Below are positions 19,493 to 29,643 of a DNA stretch of 52,450 nucleotides, one piece after another. Location: contig JAZRYT010000069.1 of assembly GCA_045600905.1 (NCBI GenBank), positions 1 to 52,450 of the forward strand, read 5' to 3'. How positions within the stretch are numbered: the stretch's first letter is position 1; each line of letters starts with the position of its first letter. The notes under the pieces were generated by a model. The model worked only from the letters and a program-made list of their open reading frames with translations. It was not told the DNA's origin and did not search any database. Made by a program: the position numbers and the translations under genes. Origin of the DNA: Bacteroidales bacterium (GTDB lineage Bacteria > Bacteroidota > Bacteroidia > Bacteroidales > WCHB1-69).

Positions 19493-20614
19493 ATGAAGAA
19501 AATCATCCTATTATCCATCATTTTCAGCTGCGTATGTATGGGTTACGCGCAAAAAAGAATTGTCGGAAACAAAGACATTGTAACCAAGACTCAAACTCTC
19601 GCACCATTTTCCGTTTTCAGAGGTGGTTGTTCTGCCGAGATAAGAATCATCAAAAGCGTAGAAAACAAGGCCATAATCTCAATAGACGAAAATCTTATCG
19701 AATACTATCACTTGGAAGTGATTAACGACGAATTGAAACTGTATAAATTCCCGGAGGTCAATTGCACACACACACAATTCACTATTACCATTTACACACC
19801 GCATATTAAAGAATTGGATCTTTCAGGCTCCGGAAACAAATACGTTTCAGGTTTCTCAGAAAGAAATTTCGCTCTGAAGCAGCAAGGAAGTGGCAATTTG
19901 GTAATGGAAAACATTATCGCAACAAATGACTTGACATTCCATCACACAGGGTCTGGCAGCGCACTCTTAACAAATACCACGGGCACGAATCTCTCTCTTG
20001 AACATAGTGGGAGCGGCAATTTGGTAATGGAAAACATTATCGCAACAAATGACTTGACTTTACATCACACAGGGTCTGGCAGCGTACTCTTAACAAATAC
20101 CACAAGCACGAATTTCGCTCTTGAACATAGTGGGAGCGGAAACACTGATTTGGCAGACATCATCATCAAGAATGACTTAACCACAAAATTCACAGGCTCT
20201 GGAAGTTTGAAAATCAGAAATTACGACATTCACAATCTAACCATCGACAAATCCGGTTCCGGAGACATCCATATTTCCAATCCGAATTATTCAAAATATA
20301 TGGACAAACTAATGATAGACCATCAAAGCAGCGGGAACATCAGTATAACCAATCTATTAGCCAACAAAACGAACATAAAGATCCACAGTTCCGGCAATGT
20401 CAATCTTTCTGGGAAGACTACAGAAATCATTATGAACAGTAATAGCACCGGCAATATCAACGCCAGGGACTTGGAAGCGCAAATTGCTCACATCGAAAAT
20501 GCCAGTGTTGGGAATGTACAGCTTACCGTCACCAAAAAAGCTTACATCTCTGATAAAGGAGCTATTGGAAAAATTAAAATATTTGGGGAGGGAGAGGTTT
20601 CTTACACAGAATAA
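19493..20614 (+). CDS. Exported DUF2807 / head GIN domain beta-helix protein
   Basis: Signal peptide, IVGNKDIVTK, DENL, repeated GSG/SSG turns, ARDLEAQ..GNV..V C-terminal motif. Confidence 0.85.
   Translation: MKKIILLSIIFSCVCMGYAQKRIVGNKDIVTKTQTLAPFSVFRGGCSAEIRIIKSVENKAIISIDENLIEYYHLEVINDELKLYKFPEVNCTHTQFTITIYTPHIKELDLSGSGNKYVSGFSERNFALKQQGSGNLVMENIIATNDLTFHHTGSGSALLTNTTGTNLSLEHSGSGNLVMENIIATNDLTLHHTGSGSVLLTNTTSTNFALEHSGSGNTDLADIIIKNDLTTKFTGSGSLKIRNYDIHNLTIDKSGSGDIHISNPNYSKYMDKLMIDHQSSGNISITNLLANKTNIKIHSSGNVNLSGKTTEIIMNSNSTGNINARDLEAQIAHIENASVGNVQLTVTKKAYISDKGAIGKIKIFGEGEVSYTE
19892..20139 (+). repeat. Intragenic 123-bp (41-aa) near-identical tandem duplication
   Basis: Units start at 19892 and 20015 (GNLVMENIIATNDLT.HHTGSGS.LLTNTT.TN..LEHSGS). 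Confidence 0.95.
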
Positions 20615-20816
20615 TCATTCCCCTTTAATTGAAGATATCACCCCACTTTCTCTTAACGCCAAATATTCGGAAAAGAAAAACACTAATAATTTTAACGACA
20701 GAAAAGGCGAAGTTCCAACAAACTTTTATTCTATCTTCTACAAGTTAATCCTCCACTTGATTCCGAAACTTCCACTGCTTAATTCATCAAATTTCACCTT
20801 GTCAAAATTTATCATT

Positions 20817-21713
20817 ATGAAGAAAATCATCCTATTATCCTTCATTTTCTGTAGCATATATTTGGGCTACGGACAAGAAAAAATTATCGGCAGTAAAGAA
20901 AAAGCCACTGTGACACGAGATCTTGCTTCGTTTACGGCCGTTTACTGCGATATGATTGCCGACTTGCAAATCATTCAAAGCCCTGAATCCAAAGTTATGA
21001 TTACCGCCAGCGAAAATATCATTGAATATGTCAATTCGAAAATTTCAGCCGGGAGACTCTCCCTTACGTTAAAAGACAGCCTTAACTATTCCAATTGCGG
21101 CTGCAATATTAAAATCTACACACCTCATCTTAACGACATTAATTTAGAAAGCAATTGTACGACTACATCAATCTCAGGATTCACAGAGGAGGACCTCAGT
21201 ATCAAGTTATGTGGTGATTTGAACTTATCGGACATCACCATAACAAACAATCTCGCCATTACAACCATTGGCAAAATAAAAATCAAAGACTTTAGCGCCA
21301 AAAATATAACTATAGATATTAAAGGCATTTGTAAAAACTATATATCAAAGCAAAAAAAATCTTCCCTTATTGAGAATCTTTCCATAAATATTCGAGGAGC
21401 AGTAAGTCTCAATATGTTAGATCTGAATGCTGACAAAATCTTCATCAACTCAGAAACCTATCGTGACGTTCAACTTGCAGGAAGAGCAAACGAGATCACA
21501 CTAAGGAACAGAGGACGTGAGCCTTTCAATGCAAAAGATCTTAAAACGAGAATAGCCTACATTGACAACACAGGGCATGGGGAAGTGAAGCTTACCGTCA
21601 CAGACACGGCCATTGTTTCCCCAACCACAGAAGACCTTGGGGACGGATTGACCATCGGATGGAATGACAAAATTAAAATCTATGGAGACGGAAGAGTTAT
21701 TAAGAAAAACTAA
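20817..21713 (+). CDS. Second exported DUF2807 / head GIN domain protein (paralog)
   Basis: Start MKKIILLS with the first 24 nt identical to the upstream paralog; IYTPH and NAKDLKT..G.V.LTVT motifs. Confidence 0.8.
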   Translation: MKKIILLSFIFCSIYLGYGQEKIIGSKEKATVTRDLASFTAVYCDMIADLQIIQSPESKVMITASENIIEYVNSKISAGRLSLTLKDSLNYSNCGCNIKIYTPHLNDINLESNCTTTSISGFTEEDLSIKLCGDLNLSDITITNNLAITTIGKIKIKDFSAKNITIDIKGICKNYISKQKKSSLIENLSINIRGAVSLNMLDLNADKIFINSETYRDVQLAGRANEITLRNRGREPFNAKDLKTRIAYIDNTGHGEVKLTVTDTAIVSPTTEDLGDGLTIGWNDKIKIYGDGRVIKKN

Positions 21714-21737
21714 TCCTTCCTGTTGCAAACTGCCTTT

Positions 21738-21938
21738 TTAAGACAGCTGCAAATAATCAGCAGGCAGAACAGCAAATGCGCAACCTCTATATTCATTTTC
21801 TATAGCATTGTTGACCAACATAACTATCTGTCCTGAAAGCACTCGACTAAGAATTTGAAATGGGGCTGAGACCGCTCTGTTCTTCGTCAACAAAGCAGAA
21901 ACTAACACATTAGTATCTAAGACAATACTATCTTTCAT
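21738..21938 (-). pseudogene. Truncated PIN-domain toxin
   Basis: IVLDTNVLVSALL...IENEY N-terminus; only 66 aa, lacks the later PIN acidic residues. Confidence 0.75.
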
Positions 21939-21939
21939 C

Positions 21940-22218
21940 TTATTTGCCTTTTCGATATGAAGATATCTCAGCCTCGATATCCTCCTCTGTCAGTTCGGCA
22001 GTTCCATTAAGCTGAGCAGCATTGTTTAGAGCATATAAAGCTTCCAATCCGGCATTGTTCTCTTCCCTCAATTCAAAAGGGAGTCCGCCCACAGCCAATG
22101 ATTTTTTAAAAAAAGCCCGCACGGCAGTAGGAAGGTCCAAACCCAACCTATCAAATAAAGCGGCTGCCTGATTCCTTAAATTTTCATCCATTCGGATTTG
22201 CAATATAGAAGATGACAT
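21940..22218 (-). CDS. RelB/DinJ family antitoxin
   Basis: LQIRMDENLRNQAAALFDRLGLDLPTAVRAF...GGLPFEL. Confidence 0.9.
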   Translation of the reverse strand: MSSSILQIRMDENLRNQAAALFDRLGLDLPTAVRAFFKKSLAVGGLPFELREENNAGLEALYALNNAAQLNGTAELTEEDIEAEISSYRKGK

Positions 22219-22354
22219 TTGTATTGGTTTTTATATATTTTCTGATGCAAAAGTAATACATTTTTTTGAATTACCAACTTTTTTTATTTTTTTATCCCAA
22301 CACAATACGAACTTTATGGGAAGTCAACGGGCAGGAACGGAACATTTTTCGTCC

Positions 22355-23032
22355 TTACATAATTGGCAATATGACGAACACCAATGCGTCCCAGACGGCG
22401 TGCGAGACAATCAGCGCCGGCAGCAAAGAAGGGCGCAGTCGGTATAGCAAGCCCCAGATAAAGCCGGCTACCAATGCGGCCATTACCAACATAAAGTTGA
22501 AGGACCAAATGTGTACCAACGCATAAACCACCGTCGTGACCGCAAAACCCACATTTTCAGCGGAAAACAAGCCCTTGCGGAAAGGGAAAAGCTTTACCAT
22601 TTCGCGCTGCACAAAGCCTCTCCAGAAAAACTCTTCGGCAGGGCCGATGACGAACAACAGCAGCAGGGCAATCACCCCGTCCGGCAATCCCGTTTTCATA
22701 CCATACACGGCATCTACCTGCGGGCGGGCAAAATCAAACAGACATTGCGAGACTTTGTCGCCAAGCCAAAAGATGCCCCAGAGAACAAAAGCAATAGCAA
22801 AGCCGACAGCAATCTGCAACGCTATGTTTTTGAGATTTTTATCGACATTTTGAAAGATTTCCTGTCCTTTGGAGAACAGCAGTGCCATCGTCGTCAGCAC
22901 CACGGCGGCAAACGTCATCGTCAACCAGAAGTTGGTCAGACCGGCAGTCCACGGGCTGAACATATAGAACCACAATGCCGCAGCAATCAGCAGCGGGACA
23001 ACCATCCTACAAATACCTTTTATCTGGCTCAT
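22355..23032 (-). CDS. CPBP (Abi/CAAX) intramembrane glutamic endopeptidase
   Basis: AEEFFWRG, YALVH, SHAVWD. Confidence 0.9.
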   Translation of the reverse strand: MSQIKGICRMVVPLLIAAALWFYMFSPWTAGLTNFWLTMTFAAVVLTTMALLFSKGQEIFQNVDKNLKNIALQIAVGFAIAFVLWGIFWLGDKVSQCLFDFARPQVDAVYGMKTGLPDGVIALLLLFVIGPAEEFFWRGFVQREMVKLFPFRKGLFSAENVGFAVTTVVYALVHIWSFNFMLVMAALVAGFIWGLLYRLRPSLLPALIVSHAVWDALVFVILPIM

Positions 23033-23050
23033 ATTTAGAATTTTAAAAGA

Positions 23051-23944
23051 CTATACAACAGCGGCAACCACAAGGCCGAGCGTCAGCAGCACGCTGAACA
23101 CCAACTGCAATTGTGCTGTTTTCTGGTCCAAGCCCATCAACGCGTCTTTGCCTTTGGCAACATATTGTCTGGCCGCACGGATATTGCCGACAGCCGGGAC
23201 CAATGCTACGAAACAGAGGAGCGACAGCCACGGCAAACGGCCCACCAGAGCAGCGCCAAACACGCATATAAAAGGAATTATCATATAGGCGACGTACAAT
23301 TTGGCCGAAGTTTTGACACCGAGAAGCATAGCAAAGGTTTTGATGCCGGCTTTTTTGTCGCTTTCAATATCTACCGTATTGTTGGCGTGGAGCACCGCAA
23401 CGGTAATCAAACCGATAGGCAGTGCCAGCGCCAATGCATCCCAATAGAAGGAACCGATAGCCACATACGTTGTACCGAGAATAGGCAAGATGGAGAAATT
23501 CAGAAAGATGGTAAGATCACCTAACGCCCTGTATTTCAGGAAAGAGTAGCCAACTGTGAGCAAGGCGCCCAAACAACCTAAAGCCAGCAGCGGCCAGCCC
23601 ACGCGTAAAACGAGCACCAAGCCAATCACCACGCCAATGGCCAGCAGAATGGCTCCGAATTTCAGATACTCCTCCGATTTGAACTTATGGAACACCAAAT
23701 TCGGCACTGCAAATGCGTTTTCATTATCTACGCCCGACCGATAATCGGCCCAATCGCTGAGGACATTGCCGCCAGCGTGGAAGAAAACGATGCCGACCAA
23801 AGCCATAACAGCATTCAGCCAGCTAATCAATGAAACTTCAAAAATCCAAGCCAGATAGGCTGTTGTAACAACCACCGGCATAACGGACACCGGAAAAGAC
23901 CAATAGCGCGTTACCGCGAACCATTCTTTCAAAGAGTGTTTCAT
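23051..23944 (-). CDS. UbiA-family prenyltransferase (MenA-like)
   Basis: NVLSDWADYRSGVD and NNTVDIESDKKAGIKT Asp-rich motifs, multiple TMs. Confidence 0.85.
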   Translation of the reverse strand: MKHSLKEWFAVTRYWSFPVSVMPVVVTTAYLAWIFEVSLISWLNAVMALVGIVFFHAGGNVLSDWADYRSGVDNENAFAVPNLVFHKFKSEEYLKFGAILLAIGVVIGLVLVLRVGWPLLALGCLGALLTVGYSFLKYRALGDLTIFLNFSILPILGTTYVAIGSFYWDALALALPIGLITVAVLHANNTVDIESDKKAGIKTFAMLLGVKTSAKLYVAYMIIPFICVFGAALVGRLPWLSLLCFVALVPAVGNIRAARQYVAKGKDALMGLDQKTAQLQLVFSVLLTLGLVVAAVV

Positions 23945-24080
23945 AAAGTCAAAAAATTAGGGCGCAAAAATAGGAAATTTCACCTCAGCAAACGGAGTTT
24001 CAGAAATCATGCTTCCATTTACACTCTACTTTCTACTAAAAAACAGCACCCACAATACTGAAGCTATCATTTGCGCATGC

Positions 24081-24120
24081 CCTAATTAACACATTATCGC
24101 ATTGTCACATTAGCAAATTA
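24081..24120. repeat. Octamer tandem array x5, reverse-complement family of 1990-2037
   Basis: cctaatta acacatta tcgcattg tcacatta gcaaatta. Confidence 0.75.
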
Positions 24121-24160
24121 TTTTTTGTATTTTCGCGGCCTTACTTTAAACAACACAACT

Positions 24161-25726
24161 ATGGGACAGAAACTACCGATTGGCATACAGAATTTTGAGG
24201 ACCTGAGAAACAAAGGCTTCAAATATGTGGATAAGAGCGGCATCGTTTACAAGTTGGCCACAGAGGGGAAATACTACTTCCTATCGCGTCCGCGCCGTTT
24301 TGGGAAAAGTTTGCTGCTCAGCACTATAGAGGCATATTTTCAAGGCAAGCGCGAGCTGTTCGACGGTCTCGCCTTAGCTGATTTGGAAAGCAACTGGGTT
24401 GAATATCCCATTCTGCATCTGGATTTGAACACTCAGAAATACGATTCACCGGAGGCCTTAAATTCAATTCTTGACGAAGAAGTGACCAAATGGGAACGTC
24501 TCTACGGAAAAGACGAATCAGAATCAGAAACAGCGACAGGTAGAAGATTTCAAGGCATCATCCGTCGGGCATACGAGAAGACCGGCCGCCAGGTGGTGAT
24601 CTTGGTGGATGAATACGACAAACCACTGTTGCAGGCCATCGGCAACACGGAGCTGCAGGATGCCTACCGCGCCACGCTCAAGGGCTTCTACGTCGCGCTC
24701 AAGTCAATGGACGGCTGCATCCGCTTCGCCTTCCTCACCGGCGTCACTAAATTCGGCAAAGTCAGCGTGTTCAGTGATTTGAACAATCTGAACGACATTT
24801 CGATGGATGCCGCATTTTTTGATGTCTGCGGTATCACTGAAAAAGAACTCCGTACCAACTTCGAAGTTGAGGTTTCCGAATTGGCCGACAAATTGGGCAA
24901 GTCTGTGGATGAGACCTATATCGCGCTGCGCGAGAACTACGACGGATACCATTTTTGCAAAGAAAATCAGCCCGGCATATACAATCCTTTCAGTCTGCTC
25001 AACGCTTTCTTCAAAGGCAATATCGGTGCTTACTGGTTCGAGACCGGCACACCGACCCATCTGATGGAGCTGCTCAAAATACATCATTACGTGCTGCCCG
25101 ATTTGGAACGCGAGGAACCGGATGCCGACACGCTCAACAGCGTCGATATCGCCTCTTCCAATCCCATTCCCGTCATCTACCAGAGCGGCTACCTGACTAT
25201 CAAGGGCTACGATCCGGATTTCGGGCTGTACCGCCTCGGATTTCCGAACAAAGAGGTCAAGCAGGGCTTTTTGAAATACCTGATGCCCTACTACGCCAAC
25301 ACGGTGCAGGGCAAGTCCAGTTTCGAAATCAGCCGCTTCGTGCGCTCCCTGCGCGAGGGCGACATCGAGGGGTTTATGGAGCGCCTGCAGTCGTTCCTCA
25401 GCGCCTGCCCCTACGAGCTCGAACCCGAGCAGGAACGCCATTTCCAGAGCGTGATGTTCATCCTCACCGCGCTGTGCGGCTATCACGTGCAAATTGAGGA
25501 GCACACCAACAAGGGACGGATGGACATGACCGTGCAGACTACGGACTACGTCTATATCTTCGAGTTCAAGTTCAACAAGTCGGCAGAAGAAGCCCTCGCC
25601 CAAATTGACGACAAGGGCTATGCCGAGCGCTTCCAATGCGACAAACGGACCCTGATGAAGATCGGTGTGAACTACAGCACCAGGGAGAGAAACATCAATA
25701 AGTGGAAAGTGGTGAACAATGAATAA
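24161..25726 (+). CDS. AAA-ATPase-like / PD-(D/E)XK nuclease protein (multicopy Bacteroidales family)
   Basis: LPIGIQNF, RPRRFGKS Walker A, ILVDEYDKP Walker B, GRMD..YIFEFK nuclease motif. Confidence 0.92.
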   Translation: MGQKLPIGIQNFEDLRNKGFKYVDKSGIVYKLATEGKYYFLSRPRRFGKSLLLSTIEAYFQGKRELFDGLALADLESNWVEYPILHLDLNTQKYDSPEALNSILDEEVTKWERLYGKDESESETATGRRFQGIIRRAYEKTGRQVVILVDEYDKPLLQAIGNTELQDAYRATLKGFYVALKSMDGCIRFAFLTGVTKFGKVSVFSDLNNLNDISMDAAFFDVCGITEKELRTNFEVEVSELADKLGKSVDETYIALRENYDGYHFCKENQPGIYNPFSLLNAFFKGNIGAYWFETGTPTHLMELLKIHHYVLPDLEREEPDADTLNSVDIASSNPIPVIYQSGYLTIKGYDPDFGLYRLGFPNKEVKQGFLKYLMPYYANTVQGKSSFEISRFVRSLREGDIEGFMERLQSFLSACPYELEPEQERHFQSVMFILTALCGYHVQIEEHTNKGRMDMTVQTTDYVYIFEFKFNKSAEEALAQIDDKGYAERFQCDKRTLMKIGVNYSTRERNINKWKVVNNE

Positions 25727-25771
25727 TCAACTTGCGAAACATAAATCATTCATCATTAACCATTCATCATT
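25700..25771. repeat. Degenerate heptamer repeats in inverted arrangement around a short core
   Basis: ...aacaatgaataatc-aacttgcgaaacata-aatcattcatcattaaccattcatcat. Confidence 0.55.
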
Positions 25772-25908
25772 TTTTTCTTCTACACTTTCAACAAAAAAAT
25801 TTGATGTGAATGTCCTTGTTTTTATTTCAAACATCTACAGGCAACAAACTTTTTTTGTATGTTTGCGCTCTTATTTTGAAACTGGAGTATAATATAAAGT
25901 ATCTGGAT

Positions 25909-27963
25909 ATGAAAAACATCAAACATCTACTCTTAATTAGTGCGGTAATGGTTTTGAGCGTTTTCTCCCTCATCGCCCAAGACTCTCCCATAAAATGGAC
26001 ATTCAAGACCGTAAAGATCAACGATTCGGTTGCAGAATTGCAATTTCAAGCCAACATTCTGCCCGGTCACCATTTCTATTCCCAAAACACGCAGGGAATC
26101 GAGCAACCTGCGACTTTCACCTTCGATAAAGATGCCAAAAACTATAAGAGAATCGGAAAAGTCAGTGAGCCAAAACCAGAAGAACTGACGGATGAATTTG
26201 GCACTGCGAAATTTTTCAGCAACCATGTAACCTTCAAACAGCGCGTTCAGATTTTAAGCGATCAGCCTTTCACCATCAAAGGAAAAGTAGAAGGCCAAGC
26301 CTGTATGGAAGGTCGATGCACCCCCATCGAAGACAAATTCAAATTTGACATCAAGGGATTTGACAAAGTAAAGGCTCCCGCTGTAGCAGTGGTTGAAAAA
26401 GAAGAACCCGCCGAAGAAGTTCAAAAGGCCACTCCGAAAGCAGAAATCGCAAAAGCAGTTCCTGCTGAAAAGACCAAGAAAAAAGTTGAAGGCTTGGACG
26501 AAGAAGGGGAATCCCTTTTACGTTATTTCTTCGTGGCCGTACTTGGTGGCTTAGCAGGCTTGCTGATGCCCTGCGTATTCCCGATGATACCGATGACCGT
26601 GTCATTTTTCTCCAAAGACAAGCACAAAGGAAGACATAACGCTTTGATATACGGATTGTTCATCATTCAGATTTTCGTCATTTTCGGTTTGGTACTCTCC
26701 CTGATTTTCGGAGCGTCGTTAGGTAACGTTCTTAGTACACATTGGATTCCCAACCTTCTGTTTGCCGTCATCTTCCTGATTTTCGCATTCTCCATGTTGG
26801 GATATTTCGAAATCACGCTGCCGTCTTCTTGGGTTAACGGTTCCGCCAAACGCCAACGTTCCGGTGGTCTGATAGGCATTTTCTTTATGGCCCTCACACT
26901 GGTGTTGGTTTCATTCTCCTGTACCCTGCCTATCGCAGGTGCCGTGGCCTTGGGTGCTGCCGGCGGTTCTTTCCTCAAACCCGTAATCGGTATGCTCGGT
27001 TTCTCTTTGGGTATTGCCGTACCATTCACATTCTTCGCTATGTTCCCGGGCGTACTCAACAAGCTGCCCAAATCCGGCAACTGGATGAACACCTTGAAAG
27101 TAGTCTTGGCCTTCATCGAATTGGCTTTTGCACTGAAATTCATCAACGTCCCTGACCAGACTTACCACTGGGGCATCCTCGACCGCGAGGTATATTTGGC
27201 CATTTGGATCGTACTCTTCTCTCTCTTAGGACTTTATCTTATGGGAAAAATCAGATTCCCGCTTGATGACGAATATCCTGTTCAAAAAAGCGCCTTCAGA
27301 TTCATTCTCACCGTGCTCGTATTCGCATTTGTAGTCTATATGGTTCCGGGCATGTTCGGCGCTCCGTTGAAAGCCATTTCCGGTTGGTTGCCACCTATGA
27401 CCACCCAAGATTTCGACATTTCCACCATTGTGAGAACGGAAAGTGGTAACGGCGGCGGCGAAGCCACCACCTACCAATGGACCGAAGAGCCTAAATACGC
27501 TGACAAGCTTGAGATTCCATTCGGTATCAAAGGCTATTTCGATTACAACCAAGCACTCCGCGTGGCCAAGAAAGAAGGCAAACCCGTATTTTTGGATTTC
27601 ACCGGCCACGGCTGCACAAATTGCCGTAACGTTGAGAACGCCGTGTGGATTGATCCTGAGGTCCGCCGCATTTTCGCCGAAGAGGTCATCGTCTGCACTA
27701 TGTATGCCGACGACAAGATCATCCCGCTTCCTGACGACGAAAAAGGCAAACTGACAGACGCTGACGGCGACCCCATCACGATGTTAGGTGCCAAGAACAG
27801 ATACATCGAGCAGACCAAATATCACGAAAACTCACAACCCTGCTACTTCATCGTCGATACAGAAGGCAATGTTCTCTCCGGCCCGACCTACTATGAACGA
27901 GACAAAGACAACTATATCAAGTTCTTACGCGAAGGTATTGACAAATTTAAATCTGAGAAGTAA
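25909..27963 (+). CDS. dsbD: Thiol:disulfide interchange protein DsbD
   Basis: Signal peptide, N-domain C-x4-C, TM PCVFPMIP and FSCTLP, thioredoxin CTNC. Confidence 0.92.
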   Translation: MKNIKHLLLISAVMVLSVFSLIAQDSPIKWTFKTVKINDSVAELQFQANILPGHHFYSQNTQGIEQPATFTFDKDAKNYKRIGKVSEPKPEELTDEFGTAKFFSNHVTFKQRVQILSDQPFTIKGKVEGQACMEGRCTPIEDKFKFDIKGFDKVKAPAVAVVEKEEPAEEVQKATPKAEIAKAVPAEKTKKKVEGLDEEGESLLRYFFVAVLGGLAGLLMPCVFPMIPMTVSFFSKDKHKGRHNALIYGLFIIQIFVIFGLVLSLIFGASLGNVLSTHWIPNLLFAVIFLIFAFSMLGYFEITLPSSWVNGSAKRQRSGGLIGIFFMALTLVLVSFSCTLPIAGAVALGAAGGSFLKPVIGMLGFSLGIAVPFTFFAMFPGVLNKLPKSGNWMNTLKVVLAFIELAFALKFINVPDQTYHWGILDREVYLAIWIVLFSLLGLYLMGKIRFPLDDEYPVQKSAFRFILTVLVFAFVVYMVPGMFGAPLKAISGWLPPMTTQDFDISTIVRTESGNGGGEATTYQWTEEPKYADKLEIPFGIKGYFDYNQALRVAKKEGKPVFLDFTGHGCTNCRNVENAVWIDPEVRRIFAEEVIVCTMYADDKIIPLPDDEKGKLTDADGDPITMLGAKNRYIEQTKYHENSQPCYFIVDTEGNVLSGPTYYERDKDNYIKFLREGIDKFKSEK

Positions 27964-27969
27964 TAATAT

Positions 27970-29616
27970 ATGAAATGGTATAGGGCTCTTTTGCTCAGCA
28001 TACTCAGCGGACTGATTTTCGCATTCGCCTGGTATCCTCATGGACTACCTTTCCTTATCTTCTTTGCCTGGATTCCCCTATTTTGCATTAGTGATTCCCT
28101 GCTAGAAGAGAAAAAAAGGCTTCCTTTTATTAAAGGATGGCTGTGCACTTGGCCCTGTTTCCTACTTTGGAACCTTATCACTACGTATTGGATTGGATAC
28201 TGCACTTTAGAAGGTGCCATTGGAGCCATTGTTGCCAATTCTCTGTTGCAATCCTGGGTGTTCGGATTATGGCATTGCTGCAGGACGTACATCAAAATGG
28301 ATTGGATACACCCTATCCTATTGACCGCTTTCTGGATGTCTTTCGAGTATCTACACCTCAATTGGGATTTGACGTGGCCGTGGCTCAACTTAGGCAACGT
28401 TTTCGCAACTTGTCCTCACTGGGTACAATGGTACTCGGTAACAGGCGCTTTCGGCGGAGCCTTATGGATTTTCGCGCTCAACTTCCTGTTTTTCTACCTG
28501 TTGCGCAAGCAACGTAAGACAGGACAACGGGCTTGGGGATTCGCAGCAGCATTTTTCGCGGTTCTCATTATCCCGATTCTCATTTCCGCCATACAATTCA
28601 ATCATAATCAAAAGGCTATCGACAAAGACAAGCCTATAGAAGTTGTGGTTGTGCAGCAAAACACAGACCCCTGGATTGAGGAATACGAGCTTGACAATCA
28701 AGAACATATAGAGCGTATCCTGCAAGTCAGCAAAGCATACGTCAACGAGCGGACCAATCTTGTGGTTTGTCCTGAATCCAGTGTGCCGCAAGGGATATCT
28801 CTTCACAATCTGAAATGCAACGACTTTGTAAACGGTTCGCCTTCTGGGATAGGATTTCATCTTTTGGACAGCAATATAGCCTTCTATCCGAACTTATCAT
28901 ACATATTAGGGCTTGCCACCTACGATTATTACGATTACGCCGCCACCCCGACAGCTACAAGAGTCGGGCCGAGCCTATATATAGATGCTTTCAACACAGC
29001 GGCTTGCTATAATGCGAAGCGATACAACGGCCACTATCACAAGAGCCGATTAGTGCCCGGTGTTGAAAAGATGCCATTCCCAAAGCTCTTTGGATTTTTG
29101 GAAAACATCATCATCAAGTTAGGCGGTTCCAACAGGTCTTTAGGTGTTGACTCCTGCCAACGTGCTTTTACCATTCAAGTTGACGGCACGCCAATGAAAG
29201 TTGGCACGGCCATCTGTTATGAATCCATTTACGGAGAGCTGTTCAGCCACTTTGTCAAAGACGGGGCGCAACTGATGACTGTTATCACCAACGACTCTTG
29301 GTGGAAGGACAGCCAAGGGCACAAGCAACATTTTGAAATGTCGCGATTAAGAGCTATTGAGACTCATCGTTACGTATTACGCGCTGCCAACGGAGGCTTT
29401 TCCGGCATTATTTCTCCTACCGGTGATGTGCTGCAAAAGACGAAATACAATGAGAGGACGGCATTGAAAGCTACCGTTTTCGCTCAAGAAGGGCAGACAT
29501 TCTACGTTAAGCACGGAGACTATTTGGCTCGCATAGCCATCTTGATTTCAGCATTAGGATTCCTATATGCATTAATCATCTGGTTCACAACAATTTTCAT
29601 TAAAAAGAACTCATAA
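27970..29616 (+). CDS. lnt: Apolipoprotein N-acyltransferase
   Basis: WPWLNLG, PES (Glu), HKSRLVPGVE (Lys), ICYES (Cys), TNDSWW, RAIE, RAANGG.S. Confidence 0.93.
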   Translation: MKWYRALLLSILSGLIFAFAWYPHGLPFLIFFAWIPLFCISDSLLEEKKRLPFIKGWLCTWPCFLLWNLITTYWIGYCTLEGAIGAIVANSLLQSWVFGLWHCCRTYIKMDWIHPILLTAFWMSFEYLHLNWDLTWPWLNLGNVFATCPHWVQWYSVTGAFGGALWIFALNFLFFYLLRKQRKTGQRAWGFAAAFFAVLIIPILISAIQFNHNQKAIDKDKPIEVVVVQQNTDPWIEEYELDNQEHIERILQVSKAYVNERTNLVVCPESSVPQGISLHNLKCNDFVNGSPSGIGFHLLDSNIAFYPNLSYILGLATYDYYDYAATPTATRVGPSLYIDAFNTAACYNAKRYNGHYHKSRLVPGVEKMPFPKLFGFLENIIIKLGGSNRSLGVDSCQRAFTIQVDGTPMKVGTAICYESIYGELFSHFVKDGAQLMTVITNDSWWKDSQGHKQHFEMSRLRAIETHRYVLRAANGGFSGIISPTGDVLQKTKYNERTALKATVFAQEGQTFYVKHGDYLARIAILISALGFLYALIIWFTTIFIKKNS

Positions 29617-29643
29617 TTTTATCACAACAACAGCCTCTCTTAT

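Noticed and set aside
20484-20816. Open frame that could fuse the two DUF2807 genes by frameshifting
   Set aside because: Would need a +1 shift, the linker is not protein-like, and the second gene has its own signal peptide
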